Positions 31,293-42,487 of a stretch of 64,000 nucleotides of DNA are shown here, in pieces. Positions within the stretch are counted from its first letter, which is position 1, and each line of letters starts with the position of its first letter. The notes under the pieces were generated by a model. The model ran no database searches. It saw nothing but the letters and a program-made list of their open reading frames with translations, and was not told the origin of the DNA. The position numbers and the translations under genes were made by a program. Source of the stretch: Anaeromyxobacter sp. (GTDB lineage Bacteria; Myxococcota; Myxococcia; Myxococcales; Anaeromyxobacteraceae); the NCBI GenBank assembly GCA_049840735.1, contig JASGJN010000017.1:480001-544000 (forward strand). Reading direction: 5' to 3'.

Positions 31293-31817
31293 ATGGCCGA
31301 TGCAGACAACGACGTGGCGGTGGTGAAGGGCGGCGGCTCCAAGCTGGTGCCCATCCTGCTCGCGCTCAACCTGGTGCTGGTCGCTGCGGTGCTGGGGGTG
31401 TTCCTGATGCGCGGCGCCGGCGCCCCGGCCCCGGCGGCCGAGGCCAAGGCCGGCGAGGGGCACGAGGCGGGCGAGGGCGAGCACGGCGAGGGCGGCGGCA
31501 AGGGCGGGGAGAAGCCCGGCCCCACCACCAAGCTGGCCGACTTCGTCATCCACCTCCGCGACCCCGAGGCCGACCGCTACGCGCGCGTCTCCTTCGAGAT
31601 CGAGGTCGCCACCGAGCAGGACAAGGAGCGGTTCACGGCCTACATGCCCAAGGTCCGCGACGCCTTCATCTCCTACCTCTCCGACCGGACGCTGGAGGAG
31701 CTGCGCGGCAGCGAGTCGATCGCGCGCACCAAGCAGGCGCTGACCGACCGCCTCATCCAGCTCGCCCCCGGCGTGAAGATCCACGCCCTCTACGTCACCG
31801 ACCTCGTCATCCAGTAG
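31293..31817 (+). CDS. fliL: flagellar protein FliL
   Basis: One TM; DFVIHL..RYARVSFEIEV..PKVRDAFISYLS..LYVTDLVIQ. Confidence 0.92.
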   Translation: MADADNDVAVVKGGGSKLVPILLALNLVLVAAVLGVFLMRGAGAPAPAAEAKAGEGHEAGEGEHGEGGGKGGEKPGPTTKLADFVIHLRDPEADRYARVSFEIEVATEQDKERFTAYMPKVRDAFISYLSDRTLEELRGSESIARTKQALTDRLIQLAPGVKIHALYVTDLVIQ

Positions 31818-31825
31818 GCCCCGCC

Positions 31826-32830
31826 ATGCCCGCCACCCTCAGCCCCGACGAGATCAGGGCGCTCATGAGCGCCATCCAGGACGGCCGCGTCAGCACCGAG
31901 GCCGCCGCTGGGGAGAAGTCGCAGGTCGTCCCCTACGACCTGACCAGCCAGGACCGGATCATCCGCGGCCAGATGCCCACGCTGGACGCCATCAACGAGC
32001 AGGTCGCGTCCATGCTCGGCATCGGCCTGGCCGGCCGCACCCGCGTGTCCCTGCGCGTCACCTCCTCCCCGGCCACCCTGCTCAAGTTCGCCGACCTGGT
32101 CCCGCTGCTGGCGCCGCCGGCGTCGGTCTGCGTGCTGGGCCTGGGCGCCTCCCACGGCTTCGCCCTGGCGGTCCTCGAGGCCGGCCTGGCCGAGGCGCTG
32201 CTCGCGGCCGCGCTGGGCGACCGCCGCGTCCGCCAGCCGGAGGGCGCCGCCGAGTCGCGCCGCGACCTGACCAGCGTGGAGCAGCTGGTGCTGCGCCGGC
32301 TGCTGCTGATCCTCACCGACGCCATGGCGCACGCCTGGGCTCCGGTGCTGCCCTTCCAGCCCGAGGTGCTCCGCTTCGAGCTCGACCCGCGCATGGCCAC
32401 CATCGCGCCGCCCACCGACGTCGGCATCGTCTCCGGCTTCGAGATGAAGGGCGGCATCGAGGGGCGGCTGCAGCTGGTCATCCCCTACGCCGCCGTGGAG
32501 AGCGCCAAGCAGAAGCTCTCCTCGCCGCGCCGCCTCTCGCAGCGCGCCGACGAGCGGTTCGCCACGGCGCTGGCCGCCGAGGTGGAGCAGGTGATGGTGG
32601 AGCTGCGCGGCCTGTACGGCCGCACCCGCATCCCCTTCGCCCGGCTGCTCGACCTGGCCGAGGGCGACGTGCTGCTGCTCGACACCGACGAGACCAAGCC
32701 CATCCCCGTCGTGGTGCAGGGGCGCGAGAAGCTGCGCGGCACCCCCACCGTCACCGGTGGCAACCTCGCCGTGGTGGTGGAGCAGCCGCTCCGCGCCCCG
32801 GCCCAGACCCCCGCCCTCATCGTTCACTAG
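31826..32830 (+). CDS. fliM: flagellar motor switch protein FliM
   Basis: TLSPDEIRALM..PYDLTSQDRIIRGQMPTLDAINE..LTSVEQ..C-terminal SpoA domain. Confidence 0.93.
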   Translation: MPATLSPDEIRALMSAIQDGRVSTEAAAGEKSQVVPYDLTSQDRIIRGQMPTLDAINEQVASMLGIGLAGRTRVSLRVTSSPATLLKFADLVPLLAPPASVCVLGLGASHGFALAVLEAGLAEALLAAALGDRRVRQPEGAAESRRDLTSVEQLVLRRLLLILTDAMAHAWAPVLPFQPEVLRFELDPRMATIAPPTDVGIVSGFEMKGGIEGRLQLVIPYAAVESAKQKLSSPRRLSQRADERFATALAAEVEQVMVELRGLYGRTRIPFARLLDLAEGDVLLLDTDETKPIPVVVQGREKLRGTPTVTGGNLAVVVEQPLRAPAQTPALIVH

Positions 32831-32842
32831 GAGCACCGGACC

Positions 32843-33136
32843 ATGGAAGCGCAGACCCCCAAGAACGGGAACGACGGACGCCGGCTGGACATGCTGCTCG
32901 ACGTGCCGCTCGAGGTGAACGTCGAGCTGGGCCGCACCCGCATGACCATCCAGGACCTGCTGCAGCTCGGCCCGGGCTCGGTCATCGAGCTGGACAAGGT
33001 GGCCGGCGAGCCGCTGGACATCCTCGTCAACGGCCGGCTGGTGGCCCGCGGCGAGGCGGTGGTGGTGAACGACAAGTTCGGCATCCGCATCACCGACATC
33101 GTCTCCCCGCAGGAACGCATCCAGCGCCTCCGCTAG
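32843..33136 (+). CDS. fliN: flagellar motor switch protein FliN
   Basis: [52 protein letters not shown]. Confidence 0.97.
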   Translation: MEAQTPKNGNDGRRLDMLLDVPLEVNVELGRTRMTIQDLLQLGPGSVIELDKVAGEPLDILVNGRLVARGEAVVVNDKFGIRITDIVSPQERIQRLR

Positions 33137-33145
33137 GAGCCCTCC

Positions 33146-33784
33146 GTGCACGCCCTCCTCGCGGCCGCCCTGCTCTCCGCCTCGCCCGCCCTGCCCGCCC
33201 CCGGCGATCAGGCGCCGCCCGCGCCCGCCGCGGAGGCCGCCGCGCTGCCCGAGGCCGCGCCAGCCCCGGCGCCGGCGCCCGCCGCGCCGGCCCCGGCCGC
33301 CGCCCGGCCGCTGGAGCTGCCCACCAGCGCCGGCCCCGGGCTCGGCTCCCTGATCGGCCCGGCCCTGGTGCTGCTGGCCTTGGCCGGCGCCGCCCTCTTC
33401 TTCTCGAAGCGGCGCCGCCTGCCCGCGCGGATGGTGCAGGTGCTCGAGACCACCGGCATCGGCCCCAAGCGCAGCCTGGTGGTGGCGCGGATGGGCGACG
33501 AGCTGCTCCTGCTCGGCTCCAGCGAGTCCGGCATCACCCTGCTCCGCTCGCAGCCCGCGCCCGAGGCCGCCGCCGAGCCCGCCCCGGCCCGCCCGGCCCT
33601 GCAGGCCGCGCCCGCCGAGCCGCCCGCGGCCGTGGCCGGCCTGGTGGCGCGCCTGCGCACCGCCCGCCGGCCCGCCGCCGCGCCCGCCCCCGCCGCCGCC
33701 TTCGACGCACTGCTGGCGGAGAGCGCCGAGGACCAGGAGCTGCGCCGCAAGCTGGCCCGCGGCCAGGCCGGGAGCGTCCGGTGA
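33146..33784 (+). CDS. fliO: flagellar biosynthesis protein FliO
   Basis: TM followed by VQVLETTGIGPKRSLVVARMGDELLLLGSSESGITLL; between fliN and fliP. Confidence 0.85.
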   Translation: MHALLAAALLSASPALPAPGDQAPPAPAAEAAALPEAAPAPAPAPAAPAPAAARPLELPTSAGPGLGSLIGPALVLLALAGAALFFSKRRRLPARMVQVLETTGIGPKRSLVVARMGDELLLLGSSESGITLLRSQPAPEAAAEPAPARPALQAAPAEPPAAVAGLVARLRTARRPAAAPAPAAAFDALLAESAEDQELRRKLARGQAGSVR

Positions 33785-34473
33785 TCCCCCTCGCCCTGGC
33801 CGGCGCGACCACCGACTCCGCGCTCCAGATCAGCATGAACGGCGGCGGCTCCGCGCCGGTGAAGCTGTTCCTGCTCTTCACCGCGCTCTCCTTCGCCGGC
33901 GCGCTGCTGGTCTCGGTCACCAGCTTCACGCGGATCGTGATCGTGCTGTCGTTCCTGCGCCAGGCGCTCGGCACCACGCAGCTGCCGCCCAACCAGGTGC
34001 TGGTGGGGCTGGCGCTGTGCCTGTCCTTCTTCGTCATGTCGCCCACCGCCAGCCGGGTCTACGGCGAGGCGCTGGGGCCCTACCTCGAGGAGAAGATCGG
34101 GCCGCAGGAGGCCTTCGACCGGGCCAGCGTCCCCATGCGCGAGTTCATGCTGCGGCAGACCCGCGACCAGGACCTGGCGGTGTTCTACGAGATCGCCGGG
34201 AAGGAGCGGCCCACCGCCGGTGAGCCCATCCCCATGACCATCGTGGTCCCGGCCTTCATGATCTCCGAGCTGACCACCGCCTTCCGCATGGGGCTGTTCC
34301 TGTACATCCCGCTGCTGCTGGTGGACCTGCTGGTCTCGGCCCTCCTCATGTCGATGGGCATGATGATGGTCCCGCCCAACCTCATCTCGCTGCCGGTGAA
34401 GGTGGGCCTGTTCGTGATGGCCGACGGCTGGCGCCTGGTGGTGGCCTCGCTGGCGCGGAGCTTCGGCGCATGA
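33781..34473 (+). CDS. fliP: export apparatus FliP
   Basis: TSFTRIVIVLSFLRQALGT..PPNQVL..PAFMISEL..MGMMMVPP..DGW. Confidence 0.97.
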   Translation: MIPLALAGATTDSALQISMNGGGSAPVKLFLLFTALSFAGALLVSVTSFTRIVIVLSFLRQALGTTQLPPNQVLVGLALCLSFFVMSPTASRVYGEALGPYLEEKIGPQEAFDRASVPMREFMLRQTRDQDLAVFYEIAGKERPTAGEPIPMTIVVPAFMISELTTAFRMGLFLYIPLLLVDLLVSALLMSMGMMMVPPNLISLPVKVGLFVMADGWRLVVASLARSFGA

Positions 34474-34733
34474 CCTCCGAGCTGCCCGGCGCGCTCATCC
34501 ACGACGCGCTCCTGATGCTGGCCTCGGTGGGCGGCCCCATCTTCGGCATCATGCTGGCGGTCGGCCTGGTGATCGGCATCCTCCAGGCGGCCACCCAGAT
34601 CAACGACAACGCGGTGGGCTTCCTGCCCCGCGCCGTGGCGGCCGGGCTCACCGTCTGGATGCTGGGCGGCTGGATGATGGAGCGCCTGGCCGCCTTCCTG
34701 GTCCACGCCATCGCGGCCATGGCCGGGAGGTGA
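34470..34733 (+). CDS. fliQ: export apparatus FliQ
   Basis: VGLVIGILQAATQIND..FLPR..GGWM. Confidence 0.93.
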   Translation: MTSELPGALIHDALLMLASVGGPIFGIMLAVGLVIGILQAATQINDNAVGFLPRAVAAGLTVWMLGGWMMERLAAFLVHAIAAMAGR

Positions 34734-34734
34734 C

Positions 34735-35478
34735 GTGGACGCCCCGCTCGCCACCGCCTACGGCTTCGGCCTGGTGCTCCTCCGGACGGCCGCGCTCTGC
34801 TCGGCCGCGCCGGTGCTGGGCGCCCGGCTGGTGCCGGCCCGCATCCGCATGGCCGTGGCGCTGGTGGTGGCGTTCGCGGTCTTCACCGGCGCGGGCGCGC
34901 CGGCCGTGGCGCCGCCGGCCGGCCTGGCCGGGCTGGCCGGCGCCGCCGCCAGCGAGACCCTGACCGGCCTCCTGGCCGGCCTGGCCGCGCGCTGGGCGCT
35001 GGAGGCCGCGCTGGGCGCCGGGCACGTGGCCGGCCTCTCCGCCGGCCTGGGCTTCTCCGCCCTCATCGACCCGGCCACCGGCGCCGAGTCCACCGCCGTC
35101 TCCCAGACCTTCTTCGTCACCGCCCAGGGCGCGGCGGTGGCGCTGGGCGTGCATCGCGAGGCCCTCACCTGGCTCGTCCGCTCCATCCAGACCTGGCCGC
35201 CGGGCGCCCCCGCCGACCTCTCGGCGCTGGCCACCCGCGTGGTGGGCGAGGCGGCCCTCTCCATCGCCCTGGCAATCCGGCTGGCCTTCCCGGTGGCCGG
35301 CGCCGTCATGCTGGGCCACCTGCTCATGGGCGTGCTGGGGCGCATGGCGCCGCAGCTCTCGCCGCAGAGCCTGGGCTTCTCGGTGGCCATCCTGGCCGGC
35401 GGCCTGGCCCTGTACGCCACCGCCCCCACCGTGGCCGAGCTGGCGGCGCGCGCGGCCATCGCCGCCTTCCAGGGGTGA
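34735..35478 (+). CDS. fliR: export apparatus FliR
   Basis: Polytopic; LLR..APV..VPARIR..GLGFSALIDP..RMAPQL; between fliQ and flhB. Confidence 0.92.
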   Translation: MDAPLATAYGFGLVLLRTAALCSAAPVLGARLVPARIRMAVALVVAFAVFTGAGAPAVAPPAGLAGLAGAAASETLTGLLAGLAARWALEAALGAGHVAGLSAGLGFSALIDPATGAESTAVSQTFFVTAQGAAVALGVHREALTWLVRSIQTWPPGAPADLSALATRVVGEAALSIALAIRLAFPVAGAVMLGHLLMGVLGRMAPQLSPQSLGFSVAILAGGLALYATAPTVAELAARAAIAAFQG

Positions 35479-35481
35479 TCG

Positions 35482-36550
35482 ATGTCCGACGACGCCGACC
35501 AGGAGAGCAGGACAGAGGCCCCCTCAGGCAAGCGCATCAGCGAGGCGCGCGAGGAGGGGCGCGTGCCCATCGGGCACGACATCGTCATGGCGGCCGGCCT
35601 GGTCGCCGGCGCCGCGGCCCTGGCGTTCCTGGCCGGCCCGCTGCGCAACGGCCTGGTGGACCTGATCTCCCAGTCGGTCTCCAGCGTGGACCACACGCCC
35701 TTCCGCGACGTGGGCGGGCTGGCGGTCCGGCCCGCCGCCGCGGCGCTGGCGGTCTGCGCCGCCGCCGGCCTGGCCACGGCGCTGGCCACGGTGATCCAGA
35801 CCGGCGGCGGGTTCTGGGGCCACCTGGCCCTGCCCGACTTCACCAAGCTCTTCCAGCCCAGCCGGCTGGGGCGCCTGTTCGAGAAGGACTTCGCCTTCGA
35901 CCTCCTGCTGGCGCTGGCCAAGGTGGCGGCCGTGACCGCCGCGGCCTGGTCCACCTTCCAGCGCGAGATGTCGCGCATGCCGGCCCTGGTGACCGCCGAG
36001 CCGGCCGCGCAGCTGGAGACCGCCTTCCGCATGCTCCTGGCGCTGGGCAAGCCGGTGCTGGTGGCCGCGCTGGTGCTGGCCGGCGCCGAGTACGCCCTCT
36101 CCCGCTGGCGCTTCTTCAAGAAGATGCGGATGACCAAGGAGGAGACGAAGCGCGAGTTCAAGGAGGAGGAGGGCGACCCGCTCATCAAGGGCAAGCGCAA
36201 GCGCAAGCACCGCGAGCTGGTGAAGAACCAGGCCCGGGCCGAGGTGCCGCGGGCCGACGCGCTGGTGGTCAACCCCACCCACATCGCCATCGCCATCCGC
36301 TACCGCAAGGACGAGGGCCGGGCGCCGCGCGTCACCGCCAAGGGCAAGGGTGAGCTGGCGGAGTACATGCGCAACCTGGCCCGCGAGAACGGCGTTCCCA
36401 TCGTCCAGGACGTGCCGCTGGCCCGCCTCTTGTATCGGAAGGTCAAGGTGGGCCGCGGAGATCCCTTCCCAGACCTACAAGGCCGTGGCCGCCATCCTGG
36501 CCTTCGTCTACCGCGTCACGGGCCGCCGTGACGCCGGGGTGCGTGCATGA
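35482..36550 (+). CDS. flhB: export switch protein FlhB; frameshift near 36460
   Basis: RTEAPSGKR..AREEG, MRMTKEE.KRE.KEEEGDP, NPTH autocleavage motif, AVAAILAFVY tail in ORF 36350..36550. Confidence 0.95.
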
Positions 36551-38630
36551 GCGCCGACAAGCCTGCCCAGGGTTCGACCCGCGCCGAGGCCATCGTGGCC
36601 GTGGCCGTGCTGGGCGTCATCTCCATCCTGATCATCCCGGTCCCCGCGGCGCTGCTGGACGTCTTCCTGGCGCTCTCCATCGGCACCTCGGTGCTGATGC
36701 TGCTCATCGCCCTGGGGCTGACCCGCGCCGTCGAGTTCTCCGTCTTCCCCTCGCTGCTGCTGATCGTCACCCTCTTCCGCCTGGCGCTCAACGTCGCCAC
36801 CACCCGGCTGATCCTGCTCCACGGCGGCGAGGGGCCGGGCGCGGCCGGCCACCTGATCGAGACCTTCGGCCGCTTCGCCATCGGGTCCAGCCTGGTGGTC
36901 GGCCTGGTCGATCTTCCTCATCCTCCTGGTGGTGAACTTCACCGTCATCACCAAGGGCTCCAACCGCGTCTCCGAGGTGGCGGCCCGGTTCACCCTGGAC
37001 GCCATGCCCGGCAAGCAGATGTCGATCGACGCCGACCTGTCGGCCGGCATCATCGACGACCGCGAGGCGCGCACGCGCCGGCGCGACCTGGAGCGCGAGG
37101 CCGAGTTCTTCGGCGCCATGGACGGCGCCTCCAAGTTCGTCCGCGGCGACGCCGTGGCCGGCCTGGCCATCACCGGCATCAACATCGTGGGCGGCCTGCT
37201 CGCCGGCGTGCTGCGCGACCACCTCTCCCTGGCGCAGGCCGCCGAGACCTTCACGCTCCTGACGGTGGGCGACGGCCTGGTGTCGCAGATGCCGGCCCTG
37301 CTCATCTCCACCGCGGCCGGCATGGTGGTCACCCGCGCCGCCGGCACCGACCTGGGCACGCAGATGAACACCCAGCTGTTCGGCAAGCCGGTGGTGCTCA
37401 AGACCGCCGCCGCGGTGCTGGGCGTGATCGGGCTCCTCCCCGGGATGCCGCTCCTGGCCTTCGGGGCCGTGGGCGGCTCCCTGCTGCTCCTCTCCCGCCG
37501 CGCCGAGGCCGCGCGCGCGGCCGAGGGCGCCGCGCCCCGCCCCAAGGCCGAGGAGAAGGCCGGGCCGGAGCGGGTGCAGGACCTGCTGGCGCTGGACGCC
37601 CTGGAGCTGGAGGTCGGCTACGGGCTGGTCCAGCTCATCGACCTGGACAAGGGCGGCGAGCTGCCCGGCCGCGTCACCTCGCTGCGCAAGCAGCTGGCCA
37701 CCGAGCTGGGCATCGTGCTCCCCTCGGTCCACCTGCGCGACAACCTGCGGCTGGAGGCCAACGCCTACCGCGTGCTGCTGCGCGGCATGGAGATCGGCAA
37801 GGGCGAGGCCCACCTCGACCGGCTCATGGCGCTCGACCCCTCCGGCGGCGTGCCGTCGCTGGACGGCATCCACGGCGTGGACCCGGCCTTCGGGCTGCGG
37901 GCGGTCTGGATCGCCCAGGCCGAGCGCCCCCGCGCCGAGGGCATGGGGCTGACGCTGGTGGACGCCGCCTCGGTGATCACCACCCACCTCTCCGAGCTGC
38001 TGCGCCGCAACGCCCACGAGATCGTCGGCCGCCAGGAGGTGCAGGAGCTGATCGGCATCGTGGCCCGCGACGCGCCCAAGCTGGTCGAGGACGTGGTGCC
38101 CGGGACCATCTCGCTGGGCGACCTGGTGCGCGTGCTCCGCGGCCTGCTCCGCGAGGGCGTCTCGGTTCGCGACCTGCGCACCGTCCTCGAGGCGGTGGCC
38201 GACGCGGCGCCGCGCTCCAAGGACCCGGCCTACCTGGTCGAGGCGGCGCGCCGCCGCCTGGCCCGGCAAATCACCGCCCGCGTGGCCGGCCCGGACGGCG
38301 TGGTCCACGCCCTGACGCTGGACCGCTCCACCGAGGAGACCCTCCGCGCCACGCTGGGCGCCTCGGACGGCGGAGATCGCCCTGGCGCCGGACGTCTCCA
38401 CCGCCCGGCTGCTGGTCTCCTCCCTGGAGGCCCAGGCCACGCGCCTGGCCAGCGCCGGCCACCCGGTGGTGGTCCTGGCCCCGCCCGACCTGCGCCGGCC
38501 GCTCTTCGACTTCGCCAGCCGCTTCGTGCCGGACGTCACCGTCGTGGCCGCCCGCGAGCTCGTACCCGGGACCACCGTGGAGCCGGCGGGCACACTCCAG
38601 GCTCCCGGCCGGCTGATGGGGGCGGCGTGA
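36547..38630 (+). CDS. flhA: export gate protein FlhA; frameshifts near 36910 and 38373
   Basis: FSVFPSLLL..RLALNVATTRLIL; VITKGSNRVSEVAARFTLDAMPGKQMSIDADL; FFGAMDGASKFVRGDA; third frame ends TGA at 38630. Confidence 0.96.
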
Positions 38631-38662
38631 CGCGCCCCGGCGCCGGCCTGACGCCTGGCCGG

Positions 38663-38678
38663 CGGAACGGGCGTTGCA
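38663..38678 (+). promoter_or_regulatory. sigma54 promoter for flhF-flhG-fliA
   Basis: CGGAACGGGCGTTGCA (GG-N10-GC). Confidence 0.65.
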
Positions 38679-38703
38679 GGGTGAAGGGCCAGGAGCCACT
38701 CCG

Positions 38704-39861
38704 ATGACGCCGATGGTCCGCACCTTCCGAGCCCCCGACGCCAGCGCCGCGCTGGCCGCCGTCAAGTCCGCGCTCGGCCCCGAGGCGGTGATCCTGTCCA
38801 CCCGGAGCGTCGACGGCGGGCTGTTCCGCCGGCCCGAGGTGGAGATCACCGCCGCCCTGGAGCCGCCGCCTGCCCCCGCCCCTGCCCGCGCCCGGCGAGC
38901 CGAGGCCGCCTTCGCGGCCCCGCCCGCCCCTGCGCCGACCCCCGCCCCGGCGGCCCTCGCCACCCCCCTGCCCCGCCCCGCCGACGACCCGCTCCAGGAC
39001 GAGATCCGGCTGCTGCGGCGGTCGGTCGAGGAGGCGCGCCGGGCCCTGGCCTCGGTGACGCTGGAGGCCAAGGCCGGCCGCGACCTGCAGCTCCCGCCCG
39101 CCGGCGCCGAGGTCTTCGCCCGGCTGGCCGGGCGCGGCGTCGAGCCGGCGCTGGCGGAGAGCTTCGTCCGCTCCGCCCTGACGCTGGTCCCGCCGGAGGC
39201 GCACCGCCTGCTCTCCACCGTGAAGGACCTGGTGGGCGAGCGGATGGTCCCGTGCCGCGCCCCCTGGCTCCACGACGGCCGCCACGTCATCGCCGTGGTG
39301 GGGCCGACCGGGGTGGGCAAGACCACCACCCTCGCCAAGATGGCGGCGCGCGCGCTGCTCGAGACCCAGAAGCGCGTCGCCTTCGTGACGCTCGACACCT
39401 ACCGCATCGGCGGCACCGAGCAGCTGGCCCGCTACGGCGAGATCATGGGCGTGCCGGTGCTGGTGGCCCGCGACCGCGGCGAGCTGGGGCAGGCCATGGA
39501 GCGGCTCTCCGACGCCGACCTGATCCTGGTCGACACGGCCGGGCGCTCGTCCGCCGACGACGTGGCCCGCCAGGCCGCGCTGGTCCGCAGCGTCCCCCGC
39601 GTCCAGCTGCACCTGGCCATCTCCGCCGCCGCCGGCGCGCTGGAGCTGGCGGCGGTGGCGGACCGGTACCGGACCCTTGCGCCCGACCGGCTGATCGTGA
39701 CCAAGGTGGACGAGTCGGCCGGGCCCGGCGGCGTGCTCTCCGCCGCCGTCCGGATCTGCCGTCCCATCAGCTGCGTGACCGACGGCCAGCGCGTGCCGGA
39801 GGACATTCACGCCTACACCGGACCCGAGCTGGTCGACCTCGTCGCCGGCCGTGAGCCGTAG
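38704..39861 (+). CDS. flhF: SRP-family GTPase FlhF
   Basis: VRTFRA..VKSALGPEAVILST; GPTGVGKTTTLAK, DTYRIG, DTAGRS, TKVDE, GQRVPEDI. Confidence 0.96.
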   Translation: MTPMVRTFRAPDASAALAAVKSALGPEAVILSTRSVDGGLFRRPEVEITAALEPPPAPAPARARRAEAAFAAPPAPAPTPAPAALATPLPRPADDPLQDEIRLLRRSVEEARRALASVTLEAKAGRDLQLPPAGAEVFARLAGRGVEPALAESFVRSALTLVPPEAHRLLSTVKDLVGERMVPCRAPWLHDGRHVIAVVGPTGVGKTTTLAKMAARALLETQKRVAFVTLDTYRIGGTEQLARYGEIMGVPVLVARDRGELGQAMERLSDADLILVDTAGRSSADDVARQAALVRSVPRVQLHLAISAAAGALELAAVADRYRTLAPDRLIVTKVDESAGPGGVLSAAVRICRPISCVTDGQRVPEDIHAYTGPELVDLVAGREP

Positions 39862-39876
39862 CAGCAGGGAGGCACC

Positions 39877-40747
39877 GTGGATCAGGCCCAGAGCCTTCGC
39901 GAGCACGTCGGGACCCGCCGCGGGAGCGGCGGCTTCCCCATGCGCGTGGTGGCGGTCACCAGCGGCAAGGGCGGCGTCGGCAAGACGCACATCTCGGCCA
40001 ACCTGGCGGTGCTCGCCGCCAAGGCCGGGCGGCGCGTGCTGCTCATCGACGCCGACCTCGGCCTCGCCAACGCCGACATCGTGCTGGGCATCTGCCCGAC
40101 CCGCCACCTGGGCCACCTGCTCGACGGCAGCGCCAGCGCCGAGGAGGTGCTGACCGAGGGGCCGCGCGGCATCCGCGTGCTGGGCGCCTCGTCCGGCATC
40201 CAGTCCCTGACCGCGCTCACCGACGAGCAGAAGCTGACGCTGGTCTCGGCCTTCGAGCCGCTCGACGACCGCTTCGACCTGGTCATCGTGGACTGCGGCG
40301 CCGGCATCGGCGACAACGTGCTCTTCTTCGCCGGCGCGGCGCAGGAGGCGCTGCTGGTGGTCTCGCCAGAGCCCACCTCGCTCTCCGACGCCTACGCCAC
40401 GGTCAAGGTGCTCTCGCAGGACGCGGGCGTGAGCCACTTCTCGGTGGTGGCCAACCAGGCGGCCGACTTCCAGGGGCGCGACGTCTTCCGGCGGCTGACG
40501 CAGGTGACCGACCGCTTCCTCGACGCGCGGCTCAAGTACCTGGGCAACGTGCCCCGCGACGAGGATTCTGCCGCGGGCGGTGCGGGTGCAGCAGCCGCTG
40601 GTCGAGCTCTACCCCCGCTCCCCGGCCAGTCGCGCCCTGGGCACCCTCTGCGATACGCTGCTCTCCTCCGAGCCGCCGCAGGCGCTGCCCGGGGGCGTGA
40701 AGCTGTTCTGGCAGCAGATCCTGCGCAGCAAGGAGACGCGCGCCTGA
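39877..40747 (+). CDS. flhG: MinD-like ATPase FlhG/FleN; frameshift near 40566
   Basis: MDQAQSLR, TSGKGGVGKT, DADLGLAN, PEPTSLSDAYA; shifted frame ends TGA at 40747. Confidence 0.95.
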
Positions 40748-40763
40748 GGAGGGCGCCCGAGCC

Positions 40764-41474
40764 GTGCACCGCGCCTACGCCCGATACGGCACCGCCGGAG
40801 GCGGCCCCGAGGCCGAGCTGGTCTCGCGCTACGGGCCGCTGATCGACCGGTGCGCCCGCCGCCTGTCGGCCCGCTCCGGCCACACCGTGGCCGCCGAGGA
40901 CCTGTGGTCGGCCGGCGCCATGGGGCTCATCGACGCGCAGCGCCGCTTCGACGGCGCGCGGGACGTGAAGTTCGAGACCTTCGCCGAGCACCGCATCCGC
41001 GGCGCCATGCTGGACGAGATGCGGCGCATGGACCACCTGCCCCGCCGGCTCCGCGCCGACGTGGAGAAGGTGGAGCTGGCCCGCAACAAGCTGGCCCAGT
41101 CCCTGGGGCGCGACCCCGGGGCCGACGAGCTGGCCGAGGCGCTGGGGGCCGAGCCGGCCGACGTGGCCGAGCTGCTGCAGCTCATGGCCCCGCCCCTCCC
41201 GGTCGAGGACGATATCGCCGCCGCCCAGCTGCCCGAGCCGGACGAGGCGCTGGGCAAGGCGCAGCTGACCGGGGCGCTCGCGAAGGCCATCGGGACCCTG
41301 CCCGAGCGGCTCCAGGTGCTGCTGGCGCTCTACTACGACGAGGAGCTCACCTACCGGGAGATCGCCAAGATGCTGGGCGTCTCCGAGCCCCGCGTCTGCC
41401 AGCTCCACTCCGACGCGATGAAGCGGCTGCGCGGGTCCCTTTCGGGTGCGGCAGTGAGTCCCCCCGAGGAGTGA
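40764..41474 (+). CDS. fliA: RNA polymerase sigma28 factor FliA
   Basis: EDLWSAGAMGL..KFETFAEHRIRGAMLDEMRRMD..LPER..LYYDEELTYREIA..VSEPRVCQLH. Confidence 0.96.
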   Translation: MHRAYARYGTAGGGPEAELVSRYGPLIDRCARRLSARSGHTVAAEDLWSAGAMGLIDAQRRFDGARDVKFETFAEHRIRGAMLDEMRRMDHLPRRLRADVEKVELARNKLAQSLGRDPGADELAEALGAEPADVAELLQLMAPPLPVEDDIAAAQLPEPDEALGKAQLTGALAKAIGTLPERLQVLLALYYDEELTYREIAKMLGVSEPRVCQLHSDAMKRLRGSLSGAAVSPPEE

Positions 41475-41662
41475 TCCGGGGACCCACCCCGTCCTCCCAC
41501 ACGCAGTCTTCCCCGAAATCACGGCGGTTTCCAGAACCCGTTGCCGGCCGACCGGCCCGGTGCTCTCGTCCCTGGCACCGCGCCAAGCGAAAGGCTCGCG
41601 CGGCCGCCCGCGCTCCTGCGGGCGCGTCCCGGCTCCGGCCGGGGCTCCTGGACGGTGGACCG

Positions 41663-42487
41663 ATGCCTGCCTCACACGTGGACGACCCCTTCGAACGCAG
41701 CGCCCGCCAGCCTTCGCCGGCGGGCTTCAGGATCCGTTCCTTCTCCCCCGATGACCCCACCCTGCTGGCCACGCTGCGCGGCTGGCAGCTGACCACCCGG
41801 CGGCTGCTGGCCCAGGCCGCCTCGGCCGACACCCGCGCCCGGCTGGAGGACTCCCGCCGCATCGTGGACGAGCTGGTGCAGGTCCTGACCGGCGACGAGG
41901 ACGGCGAGGGCGTCGCGGAGGAGCGGCTGGTGCGCGCCGCCGTCTCCGGCGGCGAGATCCAGGCCTTCACCACCGTCTTCCTCTGCCCGCGGGCGGCCTT
42001 CATCGAGCTGCTGGCCACCGCGCCCTGGAACCTGCTCGGCCCCGGCGACCCGCCCGACCGGCGGGCGGTCCGCGGCGCCGGGCGCGCCCTGGTGCAGCAC
42101 GCCTCGGCCCTGGCCCGCGCCGCCGGCGCCGGCGGGCGCGTGGCGCTGCAGGCCGAGAACCCGCGCAGCCTGGCCGTCTACGAGCGCCTGGGGTTCGGCT
42201 TCATGCGCCCGTCGGACGCGCCCCTGGCCCTGGTGCCGCGCGGCGACAAGGGCTGGTCGGCGGCCGTGGTCCGGCTGGCGCGCGGCGCGCCCGGTCCGGA
42301 CGAGCGGCGCGCCCCCTGGCTGCTCTTCGATCCCGACCGGCCCGAGCGCCGGGTGGGCGCGGCGGTGCTCCCCTTCCGCTCCTCGGCTGGCGCCGTGGCG
42401 CGGGCGGCGGCCCGCCCCTTGCGCGCCGGGCGCTCCGCTGGCGGCCCGCCCGCCGCCGCAGCCGCGCTGAGCGCGGCGGCCGGCTGA
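41663..42487 (+). CDS. hypothetical protein, probable GNAT fold
   Basis: FIELLATAPWN..VRGAGRALV..VALQAENPRSLAVYERLGF (acetyl-CoA-binding-like motifs). Confidence 0.65.
   Translation: MPASHVDDPFERSARQPSPAGFRIRSFSPDDPTLLATLRGWQLTTRRLLAQAASADTRARLEDSRRIVDELVQVLTGDEDGEGVAEERLVRAAVSGGEIQAFTTVFLCPRAAFIELLATAPWNLLGPGDPPDRRAVRGAGRALVQHASALARAAGAGGRVALQAENPRSLAVYERLGFGFMRPSDAPLALVPRGDKGWSAAVVRLARGAPGPDERRAPWLLFDPDRPERRVGAAVLPFRSSAGAVARAAARPLRAGRSAGGPPAAAAALSAAAG

Noticed and set aside
42178..42487. 310-bp convergent overlap of the GNAT and WS/DGAT genes as a functional antisense pair
   Set aside because: Both overlapping tails are low-complexity extensions beyond the recognisable domains; stop-codon scarcity or an indel explains them.
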